Made by a program: the position numbers and the translations under genes. A DNA stretch of 64,000 bases from an uncultured Candidatus Saccharibacteria bacterium (GTDB lineage: Bacteria; Patescibacteriota; Minisyncoccia; Phycocordibacterales; DSPV01). The stretch covers positions 49,599-113,598 of the forward strand of contig CAZTRA010000001.1 in assembly GCA_964616075.1 (NCBI GenBank), read 5' to 3'. Shown here piece by piece: positions 30,022-40,422 of this stretch; the stretch's first letter is position 1; every line of letters starts with the position of its first letter. The notes below the pieces were generated by a model, which searched no databases, had not been told where the DNA came from, and saw nothing but the letters and a program-made list of their open reading frames with translations.

Positions 30022-31149
30022 TCACATAAGACGAGCAACATCACGAAACGTAACTACTACCATAAGCACCATCAGTAACAAAAATCCAGTAACATTGAAA
30101 CTTTGAGCAATCTTTACTGGAATACGACGTCGTGTCACTGACTCAATAAACACAAAAAGTAACCTTCCACCATCCAGTGCCGGAAATGGTAATACATTCA
30201 ACACTGCCAAATTTACGGAAATAAACGCGGTAAAAGTGACGAGATACGCCCACCCTAATTCACGTACTTCACCAACAACACTTGCAATACCAACCGGACC
30301 AGACACAGCAGAAAAATCAGCTTTCCCACGTATAACCTGAGAGAGGAATTGTGACATACCAATCACAATCTCACGAGTCATCACATACGTCGCGCGCGCA
30401 CCCTCAACAAGTGCAAGATGTACTGGAAGTTTCAAGATACCCACCGTATCGAGTGATATACCCACAACTGCTCGCGGAGCTGCACGGCCCGAAACATTTT
30501 CACTGACAAGCACACTACCCTCTTCTGCAACCGCACTCACTGTCACCCGCTCAGCACCACGCTTCATAAGAAACGTAATCTGTTTGTTAGCACGCGGTGC
30601 AATAAAATCTGATACATCACGAGACATCAAAGGAATCACGCCCTGCCCATCACTCGATCCTACATACAGGATTTCATCTCCAGGCAAGAGTCCAGCACGT
30701 ACGGCAGGTGAATCAGGTCGAACGCTTGTCACAATCACACGCGCGTCTTGTACCCGCTCACCATACTTTGTTCCCTCGACCGAAGCAGGTAATCCCGAAA
30801 CAAATCCAGCGGAAAGTAGTACCCACGCAAACACCACATTCATAATAATGCCCGCCGCAAACACGAGCGCTTGCGCGGCACGATTCTTATGCGCCAAACT
30901 CCGTGCACTGTCTGCACCAGTATCCTTCTCATCATACTGTTCACCGTGAATCGAAACGTAGCCACCAAACGGTATCAGATTGATCGCGTAGTCAGTATCA
31001 CCAACTTTTTTTCCAACCAAGCGAGGCGGGAATCCGATGGCAAATTTATCAACCCGAGCACCCACTGCCTTAGCTGCAAGAAAATGCCCAAGCTCGTGTA
31101 CAAACACAAGTATGGCAAGAATGATAATAAATGTAATAGTTGTTTCCAT
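30022..31149 (-). CDS. rseP: RIP metalloprotease RseP (site-2 protease, M50) with PDZ domain
   Basis: HELGHFLAAK HExxH in first TM; PDZ segment; LDGG motif. Confidence 0.85.
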   Translation of the reverse strand: METTITFIIILAILVFVHELGHFLAAKAVGARVDKFAIGFPPRLVGKKVGDTDYAINLIPFGGYVSIHGEQYDEKDTGADSARSLAHKNRAAQALVFAAGIIMNVVFAWVLLSAGFVSGLPASVEGTKYGERVQDARVIVTSVRPDSPAVRAGLLPGDEILYVGSSDGQGVIPLMSRDVSDFIAPRANKQITFLMKRGAERVTVSAVAEEGSVLVSENVSGRAAPRAVVGISLDTVGILKLPVHLALVEGARATYVMTREIVIGMSQFLSQVIRGKADFSAVSGPVGIASVVGEVRELGWAYLVTFTAFISVNLAVLNVLPFPALDGGRLLFVFIESVTRRRIPVKIAQSFNVTGFLLLMVLMVVVTFRDVARLM

Positions 31150-31161
31150 GAGATATGAACA

Positions 31162-31713
31162 CTATTCGGCAATCTCCTTTTCCTTACGATCAAACAGGGC
31201 CTGTAACGCATCCTGCGCTTTCTGAGTCAATTTTTCCATCTCCTCTTTCAAACGAAATTTCTCATCTTCACTCATACCCCCCTTCTTCTCTTTTTCCTGT
31301 ATATCTTTCCATGATTCATCACGCGCTGCACGTACCTGCTTACGAGCATCTTCAAGTTTTTCTTTCGCGACTTTTATCAACATCGTACGACGCTCCGCGG
31401 TAAGTTGTGGAAATGTAACCCGTACCCCTTTTTCATCAACCGCAACTGCTAATCCTGTCCCTGCATTAGTAATCGCGGTGGCAATATCTTTACTTTGCGT
31501 CGCGTCCCACGGACTGATACGGAGCGTACGTGCGTCCTCAACAGAAATAGCCGCCAACTCTCGAATCTGCATGAGAGTACCGTATACCTGCACCGACACC
31601 GTATCGAGTACCGCAGGAGTTGCTCGTCCTGTGCGAATCGATCCAAACTCTCGCAAGAGCCACTCTTCAGCAGATTTTGTTTTTACAGAAAATGGTTTCC
31701 AATCGTACGCCAT
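31162..31713 (-). CDS. frr: ribosome recycling factor
   Basis: full-length RRF-like sequence including the conserved arginine-rich helix (TAERRTMLIKVAKE). Confidence 0.9.
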   Translation of the reverse strand: MAYDWKPFSVKTKSAEEWLLREFGSIRTGRATPAVLDTVSVQVYGTLMQIRELAAISVEDARTLRISPWDATQSKDIATAITNAGTGLAVAVDEKGVRVTFPQLTAERRTMLIKVAKEKLEDARKQVRAARDESWKDIQEKEKKGGMSEDEKFRLKEEMEKLTQKAQDALQALFDRKEKEIAE

Positions 31714-31797
31714 GATACTAAAAAATTAGTAGTATGTGTCTATTGTATCAAAAGTAGCCATAACAGAAAGGTAAAAGAAAAATATAGAATAAAAAAA

Positions 31798-32499
31798 CTA
31801 ACATCCTACCAAATGCTCCAAAAGCATTTTAACCGACGACGATCGATCCATCACATATATTTTCACCAATCGTACCGCTTCCAAAAAACGAACACTATCT
31901 GTGGTATTCTCTTTTATAGCCATACGCTCGTACGTCAATCGCTCAAGATGAGCTATAAAACGAACCACGTCTGCTTTCGTCCTTTGACCATCAGACACGT
32001 CAGCAGCAATATCACGAACGATCTTTAATCGATCAACAATCAAAGCAGATAAGAACTTCTCGGCAACATAGAACATTGGATCTTGGAGAGTATCTGGTTC
32101 AGTTAAATGAATAAATACACGCGACCGAATTGTCGGCAAGAGACTATCATCAGTTGGCATAATAAAAAAGAAATGCACACCCATGATTGGCTCCTCCAGT
32201 GTTTTGAGTAACGCATTTTGAGCTTCTCTAGTTACACTATTCGCTTCAATAATGAAAAATCGACGACTCCCCAGTGGAGTAATGCGTGCGTGTTCACTAA
32301 TCATACGACCATCATCAACCCCCACAACATCAAACGTGAATGAAGTCACATCCGGATTACCAACAACCGGCACCCCGAGCGTATCATTAAAATATGTCAC
32401 TAATGCTCCTTTTAGCACTTCACGATCACCAACAAGTACGTGCGCATGGTGAAGTCCCGCTGATTCACCAATAACCGCTCGAAGATTCGGTCTGTTCAT
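31798..32499 (-). CDS. holB: DNA polymerase III delta-prime subunit-like (clamp loader, P-loop degenerate)
   Basis: SRC-like motif LLPTIRSRVF; AAA+ fold without a functional Walker A. Confidence 0.55.
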   Translation of the reverse strand: MNRPNLRAVIGESAGLHHAHVLVGDREVLKGALVTYFNDTLGVPVVGNPDVTSFTFDVVGVDDGRMISEHARITPLGSRRFFIIEANSVTREAQNALLKTLEEPIMGVHFFFIMPTDDSLLPTIRSRVFIHLTEPDTLQDPMFYVAEKFLSALIVDRLKIVRDIAADVSDGQRTKADVVRFIAHLERLTYERMAIKENTTDSVRFLEAVRLVKIYVMDRSSSVKMLLEHLVGC

Positions 32500-32544
32500 A
32501 TGTACTGATTATACGTTGGATAATTACAAGCGCTACATAATATT

Positions 32545-33312
32545 TTATGTTCTTCGTAGTGCACCTATATGTTTTTTGCTCCAGTCATACAATACAACCG
32601 TCGTTGCTGCGGCAGCATTCAAAGATTCACATTGCGGATGAATCGGAATAGACAATATAATATCGCACGCTTCTTTTGTTTTTTCTCGTAGGCCATCAGC
32701 CTCATTTCCCACCACAAATACGGTTGGCGTATTAAAAGCTTCTTCGTGAAGTGACTGCGTCCCCTCACCAGCAAGTCCGTATATCCAAAACCCTCGTTCC
32801 TTGAGATCCCGCAGTGTCGTGTTTACATTACCAATCGATACCAAGGGAACCGTAAACGCCATGCCAGCAGAAACCTTGACCACCGCCCCTGTCACTGGAG
32901 CTTGGTTGTGCTCAGGAATCAATACTCCTCCTATACCGAATGCTGCCGCTGACCGAATAATAGCGCCCACATTCTGAGGATCTTGCACTTCACCAAGTAC
33001 CACGAGAGCGGTATCCGCTGTCACCGGCACACTCTTTATAAACGCATCATATGGACGAACCAATGTCTCAACTGCAAGAACACCAATGGCTCCCTGGTGA
33101 GAAGCTTCTTCCGCTACGTCACGTACATCTTTATCGCTCCCCAGTGATGAAACCGACACGGCAGAAGCGCGGACCACATCCATAAAAGCGCTATCTTTTT
33201 GCACCTCAGACGAAAGAAAAACTTTCTTGATCGAATCAGGACGATGCTTCAGTGCCTCACCAAGTGCATGCTTACCGTATATGTACACCTTTGAATCAAC
33301 TTTTGTTTTCAT
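32545..33312 (-). CDS. TrmH/SpoU-family RNA 2'-O-methyltransferase (RlmB-like)
   Basis: N-terminal substrate-binding domain plus SPOUT motifs (VLGNEADGL, GxESLNAA). Confidence 0.75.
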   Translation of the reverse strand: MKTKVDSKVYIYGKHALGEALKHRPDSIKKVFLSSEVQKDSAFMDVVRASAVSVSSLGSDKDVRDVAEEASHQGAIGVLAVETLVRPYDAFIKSVPVTADTALVVLGEVQDPQNVGAIIRSAAAFGIGGVLIPEHNQAPVTGAVVKVSAGMAFTVPLVSIGNVNTTLRDLKERGFWIYGLAGEGTQSLHEEAFNTPTVFVVGNEADGLREKTKEACDIILSIPIHPQCESLNAAAATTVVLYDWSKKHIGALRRT

Positions 33313-33358
33313 AAAAAAAGTCTACTACAAGCAATAGAAAAGGCCTATTTCTAATTCT

Positions 33359-33392
33359 AAAAAAAACCGCTCGCTAACACTTCAGCGAGCGG
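33359..33392 (-). terminator. rho-independent terminator for the mreB paralog
   Basis: ccgctcgct / agcgagcgg stem with an A-run on plus (T-run on minus). Confidence 0.6.
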
Positions 33393-33496
33393 TGTAACAA
33401 TCTAACCCATACCTTGGTGAATCATCAAAATAAAGCAGTTTTAATTTTATTTCTAAAAATTTAAAAACAGTAAATCATTTTTAAAGTGGTCAGGTT

Positions 33497-34510
33497 TTAT
33501 CTTTTTGCCAAAATTGCTTTTTTATAGGTTGAAAGATGTTGCAAAGCAATACCGGTACCCCGGGCTACACACAAGAGCGGGTCTTTAGCGAGTTGTGCCT
33601 TCACACCGGTCCGCCGAAACACGAGCTCAGGAAAATTGCGGAGCAACGCGGAACCGCCCGTCATGGTAATGCCTCGATCAATAATATCAGCCGCGAGCTC
33701 TGGCGGTGTTTCCTGCAAGACATCTTTGATTGCTTTAATCATTTCTCGTAGCTCTTTAGTAAGCGCTTTCACAATTTCATTGGTCTTCACTTCGGCTGTA
33801 CGTGGTAAGCCGGTCAAAAAATCACGCCCTTTAATAATTACCGAGAGTTCTTCTTCAATGGGTATCGCAGAACCAACCTCAACTTTTATCCGCTCGGCCA
33901 TCGAATCACCAATCGCCAGATTAAATGTCTTTTTGATGTAATCAGTGATAGCTGCATCCATCTTGTTCCCAGCACACTTCACTGACTTTGAAGAGACAAT
34001 GCCGCCAAGTGAAATGACCGCTACATCAGTCGTACCCCCGCCAATATCCACGACCATATGCCCCACCGCTTCGTGAATCGGAATACCGGCGCCAATCGCC
34101 GCGAGTACCGGCTCTTTAACAACATACGCGTTCTTCGCTCCGGCACGAATCGCCGCCTCGATAACTGCACGACGTTCAGTCGAAGTAATACCTGCCGGCA
34201 CCGACACCATCACATCAGGGCGCCACACATTCCACCGACCAAGCGCTTTATTGATAAAATAACGCAACATTGCTTCAGTAACCCGATAATCAGCAATCAC
34301 CCCATCTTTCATAGGACGATACGCGATAATATTCTCGGGCGTACGACCAATCATCGCTTTCGCTTCACTTCCAACAGCAACAATACGCTTATCTTGTTCA
34401 GACACAGCGACAACAGTCGGCTCAGCCAACACAATCCCCTTTTTTGGCACAAAAACAAGCGTATTTGCAGTTCCCAGATCAATACCAATTTTTTGAGGAA
34501 ATAGCGACAT
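33497..34510 (-). CDS. second MreB-family actin homolog (MreB/Mbl paralog)
   Basis: IGIDLGTANTLVFVPKKGIVLAEPTVVAV; DIGGGTTD. Confidence 0.85.
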   Translation of the reverse strand: MSLFPQKIGIDLGTANTLVFVPKKGIVLAEPTVVAVSEQDKRIVAVGSEAKAMIGRTPENIIAYRPMKDGVIADYRVTEAMLRYFINKALGRWNVWRPDVMVSVPAGITSTERRAVIEAAIRAGAKNAYVVKEPVLAAIGAGIPIHEAVGHMVVDIGGGTTDVAVISLGGIVSSKSVKCAGNKMDAAITDYIKKTFNLAIGDSMAERIKVEVGSAIPIEEELSVIIKGRDFLTGLPRTAEVKTNEIVKALTKELREMIKAIKDVLQETPPELAADIIDRGITMTGGSALLRNFPELVFRRTGVKAQLAKDPLLCVARGTGIALQHLSTYKKAILAKR

Positions 34511-34659
34511 ACAGATGCTGTTAGCTTACTGGTGAAAAGCACCTTTGCCAATGGTTCATGCGATATTTTGACTAAAAAATTATTACGTGTTCTTATAAAA
34601 TAAATAACAAACAAAATGTGCTACGGGGTTTCATACACCATACACGCAAAAATCCTTAA

Positions 34660-35967
34660 TTAAGATTCACACACTTCAGATACTCGGGTAATAGGAACCC
34701 CGATTGCGCGCAAACGCTCTTCAATACGTTCGTACCCTCGATCAATATTGTAGGCATTACCAACTCTTGTCTCCCCTTCAGCAATAATACCAGCCATAAT
34801 GTACGCCAAACCTGCACGCAAATCAGGACCTTCCAATTCCTTGCCACGTAACGGTGTAGGGCCTTTGATGATAGCATGCTGCGAATCGTACATTTTGATA
34901 TCAGCTCCCATACGCACAAGATCTTGAGTGTACGATAAACGACCTTCAAAAATTGTTTCAAAGAGCGTACTCTCGCCATGAGACTGAGTCAAAAAAACTA
35001 CCATTGGTGCCTGCACATCAGTCGGAAATCCCGGATACTCATGTGTGCGCAAAGAAAGTGGCTTAAACACGGTTCCTGGTTTTGGTGCTCTAATACGAAT
35101 AAAATCGGAGCCAACCTCAAGTGGTACTCCCACATAACGAAGAGATTCAATTAACGACTCACAATGAGTCGGGTCACACGAAGCAATCGTTACATCTTTT
35201 GCAGCAAGCGCTGCCAATAATATAAAACTACCAGCCTCAATACGATCCGGCATCGTCTCATACGGACGTACTGCTTTCAGCCGTCCGCCACCAACGATTG
35301 TAATAGTTGAAGTGCCAGCTCCAGTGATATGAGCACCTGAATCATTCAAAAATGTAGCAAGATGTGCGATTTCAGGCTCCATCGCACAATTCTTAAGCAC
35401 CGTTGTACCAACTGCCTGGGTTGCTGCCATCATAAAGGTCTCAGTAGCGGTCACTGATTGCGTACGAAAAAAGATAGTTGCGGCCTGTAGTTTACCACCA
35501 CGCGCAGTGATAATAAAACGCTCATCTTGTTCCTCAACTGTGGCTCCCATTTTTTCATAACCTTCCAAAAAAAGATCAATGGGGCGTGTACCAATAACAC
35601 ACCCACCTGGGTACGGGAACGATACTTTTCCAAATCGTGCAAGTATCGGACCAGTCACCACTACAGACGCACGCATTCGTTTAGCAAGCACACGATCAAA
35701 TTCACACGAATGAAAAGCACTCGCATCAAGAGATAATGCCCCTGTACCGCGCTCAATATGTGCTCCTAATTTCTCTATCAATTCACAGACACGAAACACA
35801 TCCTCAATATGTGGCACACGTGTGTAAGAAACATGTCCATCAAATAAAGGCGCAGCAGCCAGCGCCTTAAGTACTGCATTTTTAGCACCACCGACAGTAA
35901 TAACTCCTTCAAGCATTCGCTGCCCTGCCAATCCTTCGACAATAAAAGTTCCTTTTGCGGTGTACAT
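34660..35967 (-). CDS. murA: UDP-N-acetylglucosamine 1-carboxyvinyltransferase
   Basis: EPSP-synthase-fold MurA signature including the catalytic Cys region (PGGCVIGTRPID). Confidence 0.9.
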   Translation of the reverse strand: MYTAKGTFIVEGLAGQRMLEGVITVGGAKNAVLKALAAAPLFDGHVSYTRVPHIEDVFRVCELIEKLGAHIERGTGALSLDASAFHSCEFDRVLAKRMRASVVVTGPILARFGKVSFPYPGGCVIGTRPIDLFLEGYEKMGATVEEQDERFIITARGGKLQAATIFFRTQSVTATETFMMAATQAVGTTVLKNCAMEPEIAHLATFLNDSGAHITGAGTSTITIVGGGRLKAVRPYETMPDRIEAGSFILLAALAAKDVTIASCDPTHCESLIESLRYVGVPLEVGSDFIRIRAPKPGTVFKPLSLRTHEYPGFPTDVQAPMVVFLTQSHGESTLFETIFEGRLSYTQDLVRMGADIKMYDSQHAIIKGPTPLRGKELEGPDLRAGLAYIMAGIIAEGETRVGNAYNIDRGYERIEERLRAIGVPITRVSEVCES

Positions 35968-36916
35968 GAGAGTCCTATTGTACTTGAAAACTTGTCACAA
36001 AAACAAGGCACAGTCACAAAAAATAAAGAAACTTACTGTGATACTCAATAGCCAAACTCGTCAAGAGCGCGAATACCATAATTTTGCTACAGTAATACTT
36101 ATGAACATACGAACACTTCTATACACGGGTATTAGTATTGTGCTTGTTATTTTAGCGATTAGTATTTTTTCATTTCATGAAAAAGGCTACCGGATTTCTA
36201 TCTCGCCATTCTCTATCGTTAAACCTGCAACACTCACAATAATAAACGTTAAAGTCGGTGATGTGCTCCTTATTGGAGAGGAACCTCACCCGCTCGCAAT
36301 CGTAAATGGTGTAGCTACCCTATCCATCCCTCAAGGTGAACACGATGTAGTTATTGCTCGCACGGGAACATTCCCATATCGAAAAATAGTGACACTATCT
36401 AGCAATACCTCACATACCCTATATCCCCTCCTCCTCCCCACAACACCAACCGCTCGTATCATCAAAGAAGACGAAGAAAGTCAGGCACTTGAAACACTCA
36501 TACAAGAACGCCTTGCCCCAACAAAAGAGTACCCCCGAAAGGCTGCGTATACATCAAATCCAAACGAAACCATTTCTCTACATATAGAAAACACTTCAAT
36601 CATTGCAACATGGCATGGGGCACTCACCGCCGCACCACCACCATTTTGCACACCCGAATGCGCACCATCGTTTACCGTCACCACGATTAACACACCGATA
36701 AGAAATGTTGAGTTCTACCCAGGACGTGCCGACGTGGCCATCTTCTCAACAGAAGGAAATATCTACGCAATAGAGCTCGATAAAAGCCCCATTCAAAACT
36801 TTCAACCTATTTTTATGGGAGGAGCGGTTGAAACTCCCTTTATCACCGTACCAGACCGAAACGGTCTCTTTGTGATCGGCACATCATCAATCTTCAGTAT
36901 GGAGCTGCCGCTGTAG
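35960..36916 (+). CDS. hypothetical membrane-anchored protein with PEGA-like beta domain (start probably at MNIRTLLY, about 36104)
   Basis: TM helix then SIPQGEHDVVIARTGTFPYRKIVTL PEGA-like pattern. Confidence 0.4.
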   Translation: MYMRVLLYLKTCHKNKAQSQKIKKLTVILNSQTRQEREYHNFATVILMNIRTLLYTGISIVLVILAISIFSFHEKGYRISISPFSIVKPATLTIINVKVGDVLLIGEEPHPLAIVNGVATLSIPQGEHDVVIARTGTFPYRKIVTLSSNTSHTLYPLLLPTTPTARIIKEDEESQALETLIQERLAPTKEYPRKAAYTSNPNETISLHIENTSIIATWHGALTAAPPPFCTPECAPSFTVTTINTPIRNVEFYPGRADVAIFSTEGNIYAIELDKSPIQNFQPIFMGGAVETPFITVPDRNGLFVIGTSSIFSMELPL

Positions 36917-36922
36917 CTTCTT

Positions 36923-38896
36923 ATGTACATCATCGACGTTCTTCCCATCTCAAAAACGGCCCCGCTAGACACGCTCACCTATTTCTCTGCCCAACACATA
37001 GCGCCAGGAACACTAGTAACTATTCCTCTCAAAAACAAACAACCCTTCGGTTTAGTGGTTCGTGCCAGAAACGCTGCTGATGAAAAATCAGCACTGCGTA
37101 CAGCTGATTTTTCTTTAAAAAAAATCACAAATATTCTTGCCCCTTTCGCTTTCCCAAAATCGTTCCTCGATGCCGTTACAGAAACAGCTCACTATTTTGT
37201 TGGATCAATTGGCGCGACATTAAAATCACTCGTGCCACGTGTTGCCTTTGAAGAGTTACAGAGCAAAAAACAAACACCGCTCACTCCAGAAACCACGACA
37301 GAACAAGTTCCTCTTGAAGAAAAAACAGAGCGCCAGCAAAAAACCACACCGGAACGAATGGCCATGCAGGCAGGCGAAGTAGAACGATTTGCCCACTATC
37401 GAAGCATGGTTCGCAGCGAGTTTGCCAAAAAACGATCAGTCATCATTATCTTACCCACCATTGAAGAAGCGTGTCGAACAAAACTCGTCCTTGAAAAAGG
37501 AATCGAGTCGTACGTTGAAATTTTTCATAGCTCCATACAAAAGAAAAAACTGATGGATATATGGAAACGCATAAAGACGTCGCCCCACCCGCTCCTCATC
37601 ATCGGAACCTACCACGCGCTCTCCGCTCCACGAGAAGACCTCGGCATTATTATTGTTGAACGCGAAAGCTCTGCCCTATATAAACTGCAGCATGCTCCGT
37701 ACGTGGATGTACGCTTCTTTGCAGAGCGCCTTGCGTATCAAGCGCGTGCGGTATTTGTGTTGGGAGATATTTTACTACGCGTAGAAACAGCAGAGCGTGT
37801 ATTCTCTGGTGAATTATCTGAACTCGCACCGCTGCAGTGGCGCGCCCTTACCTCGGCAGCGATGCATATTAGCAACATGCACACACATACTGATCCCTCC
37901 CTCCAACCACACCAACGTGAGAAAAAACAGTTTCGTAGCATTGGCAAAGATCTTGCCACACTGGTAGAAAAAACGCACGAAGAAAATGCTCGCATGATCG
38001 TATTTGCAGGCAGAAAAGGTCTCGCTCCAACCACCACCTGCAACGACTGTAATAGTGTGGTGACATGTACCAATTGTAGTGCACCCGTACTACTCAAGCG
38101 CGGTGCCATCAACGAAAGTGGCGAGCAATCTGAAAACTATTTTTTATGTAACAAATGTGGGGAACGCCGAAGTGCACTTGAACGATGTAAAACGTGCGAT
38201 GGGTGGCGTCTCACACCGCTTGGCATCGGCATTGAACTTGTTGAACAGGAATTACGGACAACATTTCCCCATGTTCCTGTATTCAGGATTGATAAGGACC
38301 ATACCAAAAATGAAGCTGTTGCGGAAAAGTCAGCATCCGCATTTTATGCTACTCCAGGCGCCATCTTACTCATGACCGAGCTTGGATTTCTATATACAAC
38401 AGAACAAGTTGAATATACCGCCGTTGCATCAATAGACTCACTTTTTGCACTCCCTGATTTTAGAATTGCAGAAAAAGCATTTTCAACCCTTATACGTCTA
38501 CGAACCTTGGCAACTCGAGGATTTTTGGTACAAACACGAATGGCAGACCTCCCAATTTTTGACTATGCCAAAGCGGGAAGCTTGATCGATTTTTATCGCC
38601 ACGAACGTGCCGAAAGAAAAACCTTCCACTACCCACCAGACACCTTGCTTATTAAAATCTCAATCGAAGGAGATCGTGAAAAGACGTACGAGGCAATGAC
38701 CCGTTTAAAAGAAATACTGTCTCCCCATGAATTTGAAATTTACCCCGCCTTTATAAAAACTGTAAGAAATAAATTTATATTACACGGTCTCCTGCGGCTC
38801 CCATCAAAAGAGTGGCCTAACGAAAAGCTCCGGCATACCCTCCATTCACTCCAAAAACCTTTTTTCGTACGCGTTGATCCTGAAAGCCTATTGTAG
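36923..38896 (+). CDS. priA: PriA-like primosomal protein N' homolog lacking helicase Walker A/B motifs
   Basis: PriA-like N-terminus; Cys-rich zinc-binding module (CNDCNSVVTCTNC ... CNKCG ... CKTCDG); C-terminal domain. No GxGKT found; DEEH position reads ERES. Confidence 0.65.
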   Translation: MYIIDVLPISKTAPLDTLTYFSAQHIAPGTLVTIPLKNKQPFGLVVRARNAADEKSALRTADFSLKKITNILAPFAFPKSFLDAVTETAHYFVGSIGATLKSLVPRVAFEELQSKKQTPLTPETTTEQVPLEEKTERQQKTTPERMAMQAGEVERFAHYRSMVRSEFAKKRSVIIILPTIEEACRTKLVLEKGIESYVEIFHSSIQKKKLMDIWKRIKTSPHPLLIIGTYHALSAPREDLGIIIVERESSALYKLQHAPYVDVRFFAERLAYQARAVFVLGDILLRVETAERVFSGELSELAPLQWRALTSAAMHISNMHTHTDPSLQPHQREKKQFRSIGKDLATLVEKTHEENARMIVFAGRKGLAPTTTCNDCNSVVTCTNCSAPVLLKRGAINESGEQSENYFLCNKCGERRSALERCKTCDGWRLTPLGIGIELVEQELRTTFPHVPVFRIDKDHTKNEAVAEKSASAFYATPGAILLMTELGFLYTTEQVEYTAVASIDSLFALPDFRIAEKAFSTLIRLRTLATRGFLVQTRMADLPIFDYAKAGSLIDFYRHERAERKTFHYPPDTLLIKISIEGDREKTYEAMTRLKEILSPHEFEIYPAFIKTVRNKFILHGLLRLPSKEWPNEKLRHTLHSLQKPFFVRVDPESLL

Positions 38897-38919
38897 AAAT
38901 ATTCGACCACTTCATTTTT

Positions 38920-39507
38920 TTGGCTATAATGAGCTCCATGCAAAGAAAACTTCCCCCCTCCCCCGTTCCGATCCTCCAGCAAGACAACCCCCTATTACGG
39001 CATATCGCCCGACCAATTGAAGCAGCTGAGTTTAGTACACCATCCTTGCAACAGATCGTCATACGCATGAATGCCGCACTCGACAGCCAAGAGGACGGTG
39101 TTGCCATCGCCGCACCACAAATTGGCGAATCTGTTCGTCTATTTATTGTTGCAAAAAAAGCATTTTCTATTGACGAAGCGGTCGGCACGGAAACACCTGC
39201 GACAAAAAAACGAATCATAGTACCAAAGGAAAATATTGTATTTATCAATCCCACCATTACGCGCTCATCAAAAAAAACACAAAGGATGGATGAGGGGTGC
39301 CTTTCGGTCCGCTTCTTATACGGCTCGGTACAACGAGCAGAAAAAGTAACAGTCGAAGCGTATGATATGACGGGTAAAAAATTTACTTACCACGGCTCTG
39401 GCCTTATTGCAGAAATTTTTCAACATGAAATAGACCATCTAAACGGCATTCTCTTTATTGATAAAGCAACGCACGTTCGAGAACTACCTCCGGAAACCTA
39501 TGCATAA
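38920..39507 (+). CDS. def: peptide deformylase
   Basis: GVAIAAPQIG, EGCLSV and QHEIDHLNG, the three PDF motifs. Confidence 0.9.
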   Translation: MAIMSSMQRKLPPSPVPILQQDNPLLRHIARPIEAAEFSTPSLQQIVIRMNAALDSQEDGVAIAAPQIGESVRLFIVAKKAFSIDEAVGTETPATKKRIIVPKENIVFINPTITRSSKKTQRMDEGCLSVRFLYGSVQRAEKVTVEAYDMTGKKFTYHGSGLIAEIFQHEIDHLNGILFIDKATHVRELPPETYA

Positions 39508-40372
39508 TCACACACCAACCGTTGTATTCTGGGGCACATCAGAATTTTCTGTCATTACATTTGATACCCTTCTCTCTCTCGGAATACGACCACTATTCCT
39601 CGTCACCACACTAGACAAACCTCAAGGTCGCCATCTCAAACTCACTCCTTCTCCGGCAAAACAGTGGGCGGAAAAAAATAACATTACGGTGTTGCAACCA
39701 GACAAACTAAAAAATCCTCCGTTTGCAAACATACTCGCATCACATGCACCAACACAGGGCTACGACATCTTTATCGTATCCTCATACGGAAAAATAATCC
39801 CTCCTGATGTACTACGCTTGCCAAAAAAAGGCGTACTTAATATTCATCCGTCACTACTCCCCAAGTACCGTGGTCCCTCACCAATACAAAGTGCTATTCT
39901 TGCAGATGATGCCCACACAGGTGTCACGATTATGTGTATGGATGAAGAAATGGACCATGGACCAATTATCGCGCAGAAAGAAGTTTCTATTCACCCATGG
40001 CCACAATCCACACGCGCACTCAAAAAAATACTAGGAACAGAAGGGGCAACAATGCTCGGTGCACTTTTACCCACATGGATAGAAGGCACAATACAACCGA
40101 CTCCGCAAAACCATAGCGAGGCAACCTACACAAAAAAATTCGAAAAATCACATGGCGAGATTACTGCAACAGATACCCCATACCAGCGATATCTCAAGTT
40201 TCAAGCATTCCATGATTCAATTGGAATATATTACTTTGATACCGCCCGAGGAAAACCAGTGCGTGTAAAAATAACTGAGGCTGTCTACGAATCTAACACT
40301 TTTATAATAAAAAAAGTTATTCCAGAAGGAAAAAAAGAAATGCCATACGATACATACATGCGCACCACATAA
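39500..40372 (+). CDS. fmt: methionyl-tRNA formyltransferase (start taken at MHNHTP)
   Basis: formyltransferase N-domain (NIHPSLLPKYRGPSPIQSAIL) and C-terminal tRNA-binding domain; def-fmt synteny. Confidence 0.85.
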   Translation: MHNHTPTVVFWGTSEFSVITFDTLLSLGIRPLFLVTTLDKPQGRHLKLTPSPAKQWAEKNNITVLQPDKLKNPPFANILASHAPTQGYDIFIVSSYGKIIPPDVLRLPKKGVLNIHPSLLPKYRGPSPIQSAILADDAHTGVTIMCMDEEMDHGPIIAQKEVSIHPWPQSTRALKKILGTEGATMLGALLPTWIEGTIQPTPQNHSEATYTKKFEKSHGEITATDTPYQRYLKFQAFHDSIGIYYFDTARGKPVRVKITEAVYESNTFIIKKVIPEGKKEMPYDTYMRTT

Positions 40373-40422
40373 CAACACAGCCCCGCGTACCGGGGTTGTG
40401 TTGTTATATATCAGAATATTTT

